Origin: an uncultured Nitrospirales bacterium
GTDB taxonomy: Bacteria > Nitrospirota > Nitrospiria > Nitrospirales > NS-4
NCBI GenBank assembly: GCA_964384595.1
Contig: CAYLLY010000003.1
Location: forward strand, 198 to 64,197
Length of the DNA: 64,000 nt
Direction of reading: 5' to 3'
Shown here: one piece after another, positions 18,361 through 26,983 of the stretch
Layout: each line of letters starts with the position of its first letter
How positions within the stretch are numbered: the stretch's first letter is position 1
The notes under the pieces: model-generated
The model's input: only the letters and a program-made list of their open reading frames with translations
What the model was told of the DNA's origin: nothing
The model's database searches: none
Program-made: the position numbers and the translations under genes

Positions 18361-18375
18361 GCAATTTGTATGCCT
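18361..18375 (-). promoter_or_regulatory. Candidate sigma-54 (-24/-12) promoter facing the 15076-18330 gene
   Basis: The minus strand reads AGGCAT-ACAAA-TTGCC. GG-N10-GC spacing is exact. It lies about 30 nt upstream of the TTG start. Confidence 0.4.
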
Positions 18376-18685
18376 GCTGTCTTGCATAGGCCGGTTTCGA
18401 TGGGACTCCGGCGCCCCATTCCGACATTGCCTCCCTGCATCCGCATTAATCGTTTGAAAACGCGCAATCTTAGCGCGCCTTGCCCATCCCGATCCGACAA
18501 AGTTGTCTGCCCGCTGGCGCACGATACTCTCAGCCGGCGCAGCGGTGCGCGTCGAAGAGGACTCGACAATGCTCGGTAAAACAACACGTTGAGAAGGGCA
18601 CAGTCGAATCGCTCCTCGATGCAGACAACAGGCAAGGATCATGCTCTAGGTGCAAGGGGCGCTCTGTTCATCTGGAGGTTATACC

Positions 18686-20125
18686 ATGCGAAGGTGGGCA
18701 CAAATAAGCGGAACGGTCTGCGGAGTTGCGGCAATTGCCGCTCTTGTGTGGGTGGCGCCGGCGCTGGCGCAAAGCACGCAGGAAGAGATCGATGCGATCA
18801 AGAAGCGGGTGGGGCAGTTGGAGGAAAAGCAGAAGAAGGCCGAATGGACCGAAAAGCTCAAGATCAGCGGGCAGCTGGGCCTACGGACGGAATTCATCAC
18901 CAATGAGAATTTCAACACAGGCGATGAAGAGCGCTGGCGCGAGCGGGTCCGCATCCGGTTGCAGTTCACTTACGATGTGAACCCGCAGTTCATGGCGGGA
19001 TTCCGCCTGAGCACGGGGGATCCGCGGTTCCCGAGCACCGGATGGGAGACCTTCGGGGGCGGCAGCAGTGGTTCCGGCACTAATGTTACCGCCGACGGCT
19101 TCGAGAACAGCAGCTCCAGGTTCCGCGTCGGCTTTGACCGTGCCTGGGTGACGTGGAAGCCGACCTCGGCGCTGAAGCTGAACTTCGGCAAGTTCGAGCT
19201 CCCGTTCTTCAAGCCCCAGGCGGTCTGGGGGTCTGGCATCTGGTGGGACGACGACGTGCAGCCGACGGGCGCCTCGCAGACCCTCAGCCTTCCGACCGGC
19301 GGCGCCCTCAAGTCGTTGCGGCTGACCTTCGGCGAGTTCCTCTTCCAAGAGCTTCGAGACGATTTGAACCCGGCCCGGGGCTCCGGGTGGGTCGGCGGGC
19401 AACTGAGCGGTGTGGTGGCCCCGACGCCTGACATAGATGTCTCGGCCGGGCTTGGGTTCTACTCGTTTATGAATCCCCACCGGCTGGTCCAGGGAGGCAC
19501 GGGCGGGATGATCACCCTGGACAGCGGCAACTACAACAACCGGTACACCAACCGGACGACTTTTCGTGGTTTTGCTCCAAGCGCCAACTGCGGCAACAGC
19601 TTCACTACAAGCTGTGGAGACCTTGTTTCCGAGTACCAGTTGCTGAACCTCAGTTTTCAGGGAGACATCAAAACCGGACGCTATCCGATTCTGCTCACGG
19701 CGGACTACATCAACAACGTGGGGGCCAGCGCTGACCCCCTGACGAAAACCGGCCACAAGAACAACGCGTTCCTTGTGGGAGCCGCCGTCGGGTCCACGAA
19801 GGATCCCGGAAACTGGCGCTTGGGCTACTGGTATTATTACAGCCAGGCCGACTCGGCCCTCGCGATGTTCGTCGATGATGATTATCAGTTTACGAACGTG
19901 AAGAGCCACATCATTGATTTCCAGTATCGGATTTGGAAGGGTGTGCTGCTTCAGTGGGACAACTACTTCCAGAAGTTCGAGGACTCCCAGCTCGCCAACA
20001 TGCAAGGGATCCCTGCAGGGACGGGGTGCACGGCGGCAGGTATTGGGGGAGCAGGAACGGGGTGTACGTTCTTTTCTGACCCGCTCAAGTGGCGGAGCCG
20101 AATCAGCGTGCTGGTGAATTTCTAG
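18686..20125 (+). CDS. Putative outer-membrane beta-barrel porin with N-terminal coiled coil
   Basis: ATG18686 after ggagg (18674-18678). Signal peptide ending APALAQS. Coiled coil QEEIDAIKKRVGQLEEKQKK. Alternating amphipathic strands. C-terminal ...RISVLVNF with a terminal Phe. Confidence 0.78.
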   Translation: MRRWAQISGTVCGVAAIAALVWVAPALAQSTQEEIDAIKKRVGQLEEKQKKAEWTEKLKISGQLGLRTEFITNENFNTGDEERWRERVRIRLQFTYDVNPQFMAGFRLSTGDPRFPSTGWETFGGGSSGSGTNVTADGFENSSSRFRVGFDRAWVTWKPTSALKLNFGKFELPFFKPQAVWGSGIWWDDDVQPTGASQTLSLPTGGALKSLRLTFGEFLFQELRDDLNPARGSGWVGGQLSGVVAPTPDIDVSAGLGFYSFMNPHRLVQGGTGGMITLDSGNYNNRYTNRTTFRGFAPSANCGNSFTTSCGDLVSEYQLLNLSFQGDIKTGRYPILLTADYINNVGASADPLTKTGHKNNAFLVGAAVGSTKDPGNWRLGYWYYYSQADSALAMFVDDDYQFTNVKSHIIDFQYRIWKGVLLQWDNYFQKFEDSQLANMQGIPAGTGCTAAGIGGAGTGCTFFSDPLKWRSRISVLVNF

Positions 20126-20141
20126 TAGACCCTGTTCGGTA

Positions 20142-21158
20142 ATGGACAGCGAAGCCCAGATCGCCATGCCACCGGCCGATGGCGAGATCGTGTGCGCCTG
20201 CTACAACCTGAGGCGGCAAGATCTGCAGTCCATGCTCGCGGCCGATCCGGCGCTGTCCTTCGAAGCGCTGATGAACGAGACGGGGGCCGGCAAGCTCTGT
20301 ACGGCCTGCATGCTCGATCTCGAGTACCATTTCGTGACGCTTCCGCGAACCGGCAGGACCGGAGGGCCCTGGCTTCGTGTTGATCCGGTCCAAGCGCCCA
20401 CGTTCCGGCGGCGAGTCTGGCGTCTCCTGGATCGCCTCTCACCCCTGATGCCCGTGCCGCTGACCGAGTACATGCCCGTGCTGACCGGCGACGGGATCGA
20501 GCAGTGGGTCTGGGTGGCCAACCACTCATTGCTCTATGACGACAAGGAACGCCCTCCGGACTTCGACGTGGTCATAACGGTGAGAGACTCGGAAGGGCGG
20601 GTCAGATATCGGGAAGCGCACGGGATTGCCCAGGGCGCCGCCTTGCATCTGAACGTGTCCCAATTTCTGCCCCTGCCGGAACGGCAGCCGGGACCTCCAC
20701 TGCCCGGGATCGGGTCCGTCACGATCGAGAGGCGCGCCCTCAGGCCGGGGTTCCGCGGGACAATCCGGCCGCAGATCGAGATCATCGCGCCGGCCGGCAG
20801 TTGTGCCGTACACACGCAGGCTCCCAGCGTACACCCTGCTGCGCAATGGTTCCCGAATCTCTACCGGCCGCGCGATGAACGGCTGTTCTTCAGTATCGTG
20901 AACGCCTCCCGGGGACCGCTGGAGGTCGAGTTCGCTTATCCGTTCGACGCTGCCCGAAGGGGTATTGCCCCCGTCGTCGAAACGGTGCGGGTGCCACCGG
21001 GCGGAGCGCGTCTGCATGAGATTGTCTTGCCGGAAGCCGAGGCGGTGCGGTTCGTCGATCGGCTGTACAGCATCCGATGGCGATCGTCCGGCGCAAGAAA
21101 GGTTCACGTACTGTGCGCGACTCCGGCCTTGGACCGGTTTTCAATCGATCACCTGTAG
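20142..21158 (+). CDS. Protein with N-terminal BFD-like [2Fe-2S]-binding motif and uncharacterised C-terminal domain
   Basis: VCACYNL...x...GKLCTACMLDL (C-x-C ... C-x2-C). I do not recognise the remaining ~270 aa. Confidence 0.72.
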   Translation: MDSEAQIAMPPADGEIVCACYNLRRQDLQSMLAADPALSFEALMNETGAGKLCTACMLDLEYHFVTLPRTGRTGGPWLRVDPVQAPTFRRRVWRLLDRLSPLMPVPLTEYMPVLTGDGIEQWVWVANHSLLYDDKERPPDFDVVITVRDSEGRVRYREAHGIAQGAALHLNVSQFLPLPERQPGPPLPGIGSVTIERRALRPGFRGTIRPQIEIIAPAGSCAVHTQAPSVHPAAQWFPNLYRPRDERLFFSIVNASRGPLEVEFAYPFDAARRGIAPVVETVRVPPGGARLHEIVLPEAEAVRFVDRLYSIRWRSSGARKVHVLCATPALDRFSIDHL

Positions 21159-21166
21159 GACGCCAT

Positions 21167-22003
21167 ATGTCGTACCCGTTCATCTTCCCGTGCATCGTGC
21201 ATCTGCCGGCCGGATATGACTGCACCATCCCCCTGCCGTATGAGAGTGTCGCGGATCGGCTGATCGGGGGCAATGGGACGGTCACCTACGGGGTCCAGGT
21301 TTTCTGCGCCGGCGCGAAGCGGGCCGAGTGGAGCGAGAAGCTCATCTTTGCAAACGGCGGCTTGGTCGGACCCCCGCCTGACCCATTCACCTGGCGGGAC
21401 GCGGGCGAGGACTGGGGTGGCAACTCCGGCTACCTTGAATTGAGCTTGCAGGCCGCCGATGCCCGTCCGATATTTCATGCCCGGGCGCCGATCAGCTTTT
21501 ACTCGATCTATACCAAGCCTGGGAAGAAGGCCTTCTTCTCCGACAACGCGTACAAGTATGGGGCCCCGCCGGTCATCGCCCAGATCGCGGCGTTCGGCCG
21601 ATTTGTGGAGGGCTATCCGGTCGTTCATCTCGACCGGGAACGTGACCTCGGCCAGACGCTCGCCCTGATCAATCCCTATAAGAAGGTGGTCAGTGCCCGC
21701 ATCTTCACCTGTGACGGCCGGGCGCTCGGGCCGTTGAAGGTCCAGCCGGCCAGCGTGCGCCTCATTCGGCTGACGGATTTGTTGCGGCCTGATGAGACCT
21801 CATGGGCGGGACAGCTCCAGCTCACCGCCAACAATCGGGTGGTGACCTACGTCATGATGCATTCGTTGCGGAGCCCGTGCGTCTTATCGGACCATGAGCA
21901 CTTGGATGTTTTCCGCAGCGATCCGACTCATATCCCGGCCTTTCAGCTTCTCCGGCGCCGGATCGGTCAGCTCCTTAGGTCTCGGGGGTTCGTCATAAGG
22001 TGA
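21167..22003 (+). CDS. Hypothetical protein
   Basis: ATG21167 lies 8 nt after the previous stop (track ORF starts at 21077, inside the previous gene). High-GC3 coding pattern. No recognisable motif. Confidence 0.65.
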   Translation: MSYPFIFPCIVHLPAGYDCTIPLPYESVADRLIGGNGTVTYGVQVFCAGAKRAEWSEKLIFANGGLVGPPPDPFTWRDAGEDWGGNSGYLELSLQAADARPIFHARAPISFYSIYTKPGKKAFFSDNAYKYGAPPVIAQIAAFGRFVEGYPVVHLDRERDLGQTLALINPYKKVVSARIFTCDGRALGPLKVQPASVRLIRLTDLLRPDETSWAGQLQLTANNRVVTYVMMHSLRSPCVLSDHEHLDVFRSDPTHIPAFQLLRRRIGQLLRSRGFVIR

Positions 22004-22242
22004 GATGACCGGCTGGGACCGCGACTCCGCATTGGGACATTCTTTCCCGATTCGGCGAAATGACTTGAAAACACAAAGACTTGCCCCGGTTCGGCGGCGT
22101 TCGCAGCTGCTGAAGGCGTCTCATTGTACGGGGAGAAGAAGGCGCAACAGCCCTACGCAGGCATACAGGCCATCCGCCGGAATCCATCGTTTTTTCAAGT
22201 CAATAGGCCGCGCCACCCAGGAAGCTCCTTGGGGAAAGCTGA

Positions 22243-22258
22243 TGGCATCGCCATTGCT
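22243..22258 (+). promoter_or_regulatory. Sigma-54 (-24/-12) promoter candidate for the peroxidase/Rieske/Mo-enzyme array
   Basis: TGGCAT-CGCCA-TTGCT (consensus TGGCAC-N5-TTGCW) with exact GG-N10-GC spacing. It sits in a 383-bp non-coding gap, about 130 nt upstream of the 22387 start. Confidence 0.55.
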
Positions 22259-22386
22259 GTATCCGAAGAAAAGGGAAAAGGGAAACCTGCAAGCCTTGGT
22301 TCGAGAAAGGGGGGATGGTGCAAGGAGGTCGGAGCAAGGAGCAGGTTCGAGAAAAGGCGTAAGACAGCCTGAAAGGGGGGAGTGAA

Positions 22387-23589
22387 GTGGAGAGAAAAAA
22401 GAACAAACTATGGACATTCGTCATTTTGCTGTTCGGTGTGGCGATTGTGGCGGCTATGACGATGGCGTGGACCGCCTGGGCCGGAAACAACGAGGGCAAG
22501 ACCCCTCGTCCGCTCGCGGCCCTGCCGCCGGGCCCGCACCCGGGACCGGCGGACAACCCAACCACTCCGGAGAAGGCCAAGCTGGGGGAGTTGCTCTTCT
22601 TCGAGCAGCGGTTGTCGGGTGACGGGAGCACGCCCTGCTCCAAGTGCCATGATCCGAAGCAGGGATGGGGAACGACGGACGATCTCTCGATCGGCTATCC
22701 GGGGACGCAGCACTTCCGCAACTCGCACACAGTCCTCAACACCGGTCACCTGAAGAAGTATTTCTGGGAGGGCCGGGCCACGAGTCTTGAGGCCCAGGCC
22801 GGCGGCGCGGCGGGCGGGCAATCGGCCGGCAATCTCCAGTTCGACATAGGGGAGGCCCGGATGCGCCAGGTGCCGGAGTACCGGGAGATGTTCATGAAGG
22901 TCTTCGGCGAACTGCCGACCTGGGACAACGCGGCGCGGGCGATCGCGGCCTTCCAGCGGACGTTGAACTCGGATCCAAAGGTAGTCCCGTTCGACCGTTA
23001 CATGAACGGCGACAAGAGCGCCATGACCCCGCAGCAGGTCAAGGGCATGGAGCTCTTCAAAGGCAAGGCCAACTGCATCGCCTGCCACGATGGGATGATG
23101 TTCACCGACGAGGACCATCACAATCTCGGCCTGCCGCGCAACCCGGCCTTCGACGACGATCCGCTCAGGCAGATCGAGTTGCGGTTCCGCATGAAGTCGA
23201 ACGGCATCCAGAACTACAACGAAGTGGACGAGGATTTGGGACTCTACATGGCGACCCACCGGACGCAGGACATCGGGCGGTTTCGCACCGAGAAGCTGCG
23301 TGAGTCGAAGCACACGGCGCCGTACATGCACAACGGCGTCTTTTCCACGCTGGAGGAAGTCGTCGAGTTCTACGACAAGGGCGGCGAGGAGCCGGGCAAG
23401 TTCAAGGGCGTCAAGGACCCGCTCATGAAACCGCTGGAGCTGACGGCCGACGAGAAGAAGGCATTGGTGGCGTTCCTCGAGGCGCTCAGCAGCCCTGAGA
23501 CTCCGTTCAAGGACATCAACCCGGTCCTGCCGAAGGACGGGATCGTCACGGTGGACAAAAAAGTCGTGCCGCTGCCGGCCGGCAAGTAG
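22387..23589 (+). CDS. Di-haem cytochrome c peroxidase (CCP/MauG family)
   Basis: GTG start after gggggag. N-terminal TM/signal. Two CxxCH motifs (CSKCHD, CIACHDG). Conserved APYMHNGVFSTLEEVVEFY segment. Confidence 0.9.
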   Translation: MERKKNKLWTFVILLFGVAIVAAMTMAWTAWAGNNEGKTPRPLAALPPGPHPGPADNPTTPEKAKLGELLFFEQRLSGDGSTPCSKCHDPKQGWGTTDDLSIGYPGTQHFRNSHTVLNTGHLKKYFWEGRATSLEAQAGGAAGGQSAGNLQFDIGEARMRQVPEYREMFMKVFGELPTWDNAARAIAAFQRTLNSDPKVVPFDRYMNGDKSAMTPQQVKGMELFKGKANCIACHDGMMFTDEDHHNLGLPRNPAFDDDPLRQIELRFRMKSNGIQNYNEVDEDLGLYMATHRTQDIGRFRTEKLRESKHTAPYMHNGVFSTLEEVVEFYDKGGEEPGKFKGVKDPLMKPLELTADEKKALVAFLEALSSPETPFKDINPVLPKDGIVTVDKKVVPLPAGK

Positions 23590-23607
23590 GTAGGAGGTAC
23601 AACGACG

Positions 23608-24231
23608 ATGGACGAGAAGGAAACCAAAGACAGCAAACTGAAGATGCTCAAGGAATTGGGCGAGGATGTGGGATGCATGACGCGCCGCAAGCTGCTCTTC
23701 CTGGGCGGCTTGGCCACGGCCACGACGCTGCTCCCGCCGGCCGTTGCGGACACGCTTGCCGCGGCGCCGAAGGCCAAGCCCAAGGAGGCGTCGAAGAAAC
23801 CGACGCCGGTGGCGATGCAGAGCACGCATTACCCGAGAAAGAAAGTCGGCAAATTGAGCGCGTTGAAACAGGACGAGCCGGTGAAGATCTCCTATCCGGC
23901 CGAGCATCCGAATCACAAGGCGCTGCTCATCAAACTGGGCGTGCCGGCGCTCGGCGGCGTGGGTCCGCAGAAGGACGTGGTGGCGTTCAGCGCGCTGTGC
24001 GTCCACCAGGGCGGACCGCTCGAAGACCGGTACAACGCGAAGGAAAAGATCATGGGGCCGTGCGAATTCCATCTCTCAATGTACGATCTCACGAAGCACG
24101 GGATAATCACGAGCGCGTCGGCGACCCAGAACCTCCCGCAAGTTGTGCTGGAGGTGGAAGGGGACGACATTTACGCGGTAGGGATGCAGGGGCTCATCTA
24201 CGGGTTCCCGGACAACCTGCTGCCCGTCTAG
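23608..24231 (+). CDS. TAT-exported Rieske [2Fe-2S] small subunit, AioB/IdrB-like
   Basis: RBS aggagg (23591-23596). Twin-arginine TRRKLLFLGGLATA. Rieske boxes CVHQGG and CEFH (C-x-H ... C-x2-H). 18-nt gaps to both neighbouring genes. Confidence 0.88.
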   Translation: MDEKETKDSKLKMLKELGEDVGCMTRRKLLFLGGLATATTLLPPAVADTLAAAPKAKPKEASKKPTPVAMQSTHYPRKKVGKLSALKQDEPVKISYPAEHPNHKALLIKLGVPALGGVGPQKDVVAFSALCVHQGGPLEDRYNAKEKIMGPCEFHLSMYDLTKHGIITSASATQNLPQVVLEVEGDDIYAVGMQGLIYGFPDNLLPV

Positions 24232-24249
24232 ACGTAAGGGGGTGAAGAC

Positions 24250-26919
24250 ATGAGTAAGGCAGGAATCAACGTATCATTCGCCACCGTCGTTCCGGAGGAC
24301 AAGGTCCCGCTGCCTCCGCCCGACGCGAAGATCTATCCCACGGCCTGTGACTATTGCGTCGTGGGGTGCGCGTACCGGGCGATCGTCTGGCCGGTCGGCA
24401 AGGAGGGCGGCCCGAAAGCCAATCAGAACGCCTACGGCGTGGATTTCCCGATCACCGAGGCGCAGGCCGGGAACTGGGCCACGCCGGAGCAGCACACGAT
24501 CGTGCTGAAAGACGGGGAGCCGCACCACTGCATCGTAATTCCGGCGATCAGCGAGCGGGTGAACCGCTCGGGCAACCACAGCATCCGGGGCGGGAACATC
24601 GCCCAGAAGTGTTACAGCCCGGTGAAGCCGACGTCGGACCGGCTCCAGACGCCGCTGATGCGGGTCCGGAATGTGCTGGTACCCATCTCCTGGGAGGACG
24701 CGACCACCATCACGGCCGAGGTGGGGAAGTATGTGCTCGACAAGTACGACGAGCTGGCCTACGGGGCCCAGACCTTCTCGTACCAGTTCTGGGAGAACAC
24801 CTACGCGATTACCAAGCTCCTGCTGCAATCCATCGAGACGCCATGCTGGGCGCACCACGACAAGCCGTCGGCCCAGGGCGACGCGGTCGGAATGGAGGAT
24901 GCGGGGATCGACACGTTCGGCTCGGCCTATGAGGACTTCAAGCTGGCCGAGGTGATCTATATCTCAGGGGCCGACCCCTACGAGAACCAGACCATCATGT
25001 TTACCGAGTGGATCATGGACGGGGGCGCCAAGTTGATCAATGCGCTGCCCCGCAAGTCCACGGGGGCCGCGTACGGCGAGAAGAACGGCGGCCTGTTCCT
25101 CCAGGTCATTCCGGGCACGGACCCTGTGCTGAACAACGCGATGTGCCGGGTCATCATCGAGAACGGCTGGGAGGACAAGGAGTTCATCGCCAAGTGGTGC
25201 GCCGACGACGAGGAGATTGACTGGGGCATGGGTCGCGGCGTCCGCAACACGCCCTGGCAGTGGCGGACGACGCGGTGGGGCGTGTCCTTCGCGAAGTGGA
25301 AGGACTGGCTCCTGAAGGACGAGTTCACGACGCTGGAATATGCGGAGAAGACGACGGGGGTTCCGCGCGCCAAGATCGTGAAGGCGGCGGAGATGCTGAC
25401 CGGCGGCGGGAAGGGCCCGCGCCCGAAGGCGTCCTTCCTCCATGAGAAAGGCAACTACTGGTCCAATAACTACCTGAGCTCGACCTCGTTCTGCAACCTG
25501 GGGCTCATCTGCGGCGCCGGAACGAAACCCGGGCAGCGGATCAGCCGGTGCGGCGGTCACCAGCGCGGTGGGATGGGCGCGGCGCCGTATCCCATCACGA
25601 AGACGCCGCAGCGGTTCGGGCGGATCGGCCGGCTGGCGATGGATGTGGACCGGTGGATCTTGAGCAACAACCTTCGGTTCCTGTGGGTGATCGGGGCCCA
25701 GAAGCTCGAGAACTCCTGCGCGAATGGCGCGCTGCACGACTATTTCCGGCAGCATGTGACCCTGTCGCCTCATCAGATTGACAGTACGGATCCGAAGCGG
25801 GCGATCGAAGTGCTCAAAGCGCGGGTGGACAACCAGGATATCGTGTGCGTCAACTCGGAAATCTATCTGCGGACGTTCGGCAACCAGTACGCGGACATCG
25901 TGATGCCGGCGGCGACCTGGGGCGAAGAGGACTTCACTCGCGCGCAAGGCGAGCGGGTGATGCGGATCTATTCCAAGTTCTACGACCCGCCGGGCGACGC
26001 GAAGCCCGATTGGTGGATCATCTCCCAGGTGGCGAAGAAAATGGGGTTCGAGGGGTACAACTGGAAGTCCTCCCAAGATGTCTTCAAGGAGGCGGCGCGC
26101 TTCTCGCGCGGCGGGATTCTGGAGTACGCGCCGTTGTTGCCCTACGCCAAGCTCAAAGGGAAGGAGCCCTATGAGTTGCTGCGGGAGCGGGGCGCCATGG
26201 GGTACCAGACGCCGCTGCGGCTGCACGACGGCGAGCTGATCGAGACCAAGCGGACCAACGACGAAACGGCGGCGCCCATGATCGAGACCCCGCAGGGGAT
26301 CTCGACCATGCAGAAGCGGCTCTCGGGATTTACCCGGCCGTCCGGCAAGGCGCTCCTGCACAAGGTGGACTGGAAGCTCTACAAGGACTTCCACGAGGCC
26401 ATCAGCCCCAAGAAGGAGAAGGGCGAGCTGTGGGTTACCAACGGGCGGGTCAACGAGATCTGGCAGTCGGTCTTCGACGACATGCGGAAACCGTACATCA
26501 TGCAGCGGTATCCGATGAACTTCGTCGAGATCCACCCGGAGGACGCGAAGGCGCGGGGGATCGAGAACGGCGACATCGTGTCCATGGAGAATGACGAGGT
26601 CTTTGTCCAGACCGGCGGCTTCTACTTCCTGCGGGATTCGGACGCGCTGTTCACGAGCCTGATGAAGAACGGCCACATCAAGACGACCAAGGGGTCGGCG
26701 ACGGCCATGGCGATCGTGACGGATGCCGTGCAGCCGGGGCTGGCATACCAGTACTTCCTGTGGCCGGGCGCGAGCGGCAACGCGCTGGCGCACAATGTGC
26801 CGGATCCGATCACCAATGCCCCGCGCTACAAGACGGGGAAGGCGGTGATCAAGAAGATCGGCACGCTGCCGGATCGCCTGAAGGCGCGCATCACGTGGGC
26901 GAACAAGAACGCGGTATAG
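24250..26919 (+). CDS. Molybdopterin (bis-MGD) oxidoreductase large subunit of the arsenite-oxidase (AioA) / iodate-reductase (IdrA) family
   Basis: 889 aa. N-terminal C-x2-C-x3-C (CDYCVVGCAY), as in the AioA 3Fe-4S site. No signal peptide, consistent with TAT hitch-hiking on the Rieske partner. MGD-binding-type segments (YISGADPYENQ, CGGHQRGG). Adjacent to the Rieske subunit. Confidence 0.9.
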   Translation: MSKAGINVSFATVVPEDKVPLPPPDAKIYPTACDYCVVGCAYRAIVWPVGKEGGPKANQNAYGVDFPITEAQAGNWATPEQHTIVLKDGEPHHCIVIPAISERVNRSGNHSIRGGNIAQKCYSPVKPTSDRLQTPLMRVRNVLVPISWEDATTITAEVGKYVLDKYDELAYGAQTFSYQFWENTYAITKLLLQSIETPCWAHHDKPSAQGDAVGMEDAGIDTFGSAYEDFKLAEVIYISGADPYENQTIMFTEWIMDGGAKLINALPRKSTGAAYGEKNGGLFLQVIPGTDPVLNNAMCRVIIENGWEDKEFIAKWCADDEEIDWGMGRGVRNTPWQWRTTRWGVSFAKWKDWLLKDEFTTLEYAEKTTGVPRAKIVKAAEMLTGGGKGPRPKASFLHEKGNYWSNNYLSSTSFCNLGLICGAGTKPGQRISRCGGHQRGGMGAAPYPITKTPQRFGRIGRLAMDVDRWILSNNLRFLWVIGAQKLENSCANGALHDYFRQHVTLSPHQIDSTDPKRAIEVLKARVDNQDIVCVNSEIYLRTFGNQYADIVMPAATWGEEDFTRAQGERVMRIYSKFYDPPGDAKPDWWIISQVAKKMGFEGYNWKSSQDVFKEAARFSRGGILEYAPLLPYAKLKGKEPYELLRERGAMGYQTPLRLHDGELIETKRTNDETAAPMIETPQGISTMQKRLSGFTRPSGKALLHKVDWKLYKDFHEAISPKKEKGELWVTNGRVNEIWQSVFDDMRKPYIMQRYPMNFVEIHPEDAKARGIENGDIVSMENDEVFVQTGGFYFLRDSDALFTSLMKNGHIKTTKGSATAMAIVTDAVQPGLAYQYFLWPGASGNALAHNVPDPITNAPRYKTGKAVIKKIGTLPDRLKARITWANKNAV

Positions 26920-26931
26920 GGGGAACGAATC

Positions 26932-26960
26932 TGGGGGACAGATTTGAAATCTGTCCCCCA
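26932..26960 (+). other. Perfect intergenic stem-loop (14-bp arms)
   Basis: TGGGGGACAGATTT-G-AAATCTGTCCCCCA, 13 nt after the Mo-subunit stop. No following T-tract. Confidence 0.8.
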
Positions 26961-26983
26961 TCAAATCAGGGAGGATTAGAGCG

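Noticed and set aside
22005-22385. Small ORFs (126 aa +, 82 aa +, 98 aa -) in the gap before the peroxidase gene
   Set aside because: Purine-rich, low-complexity translations with no RBS. The region is better explained as a promoter and leader (sigma-54 site at 22243).
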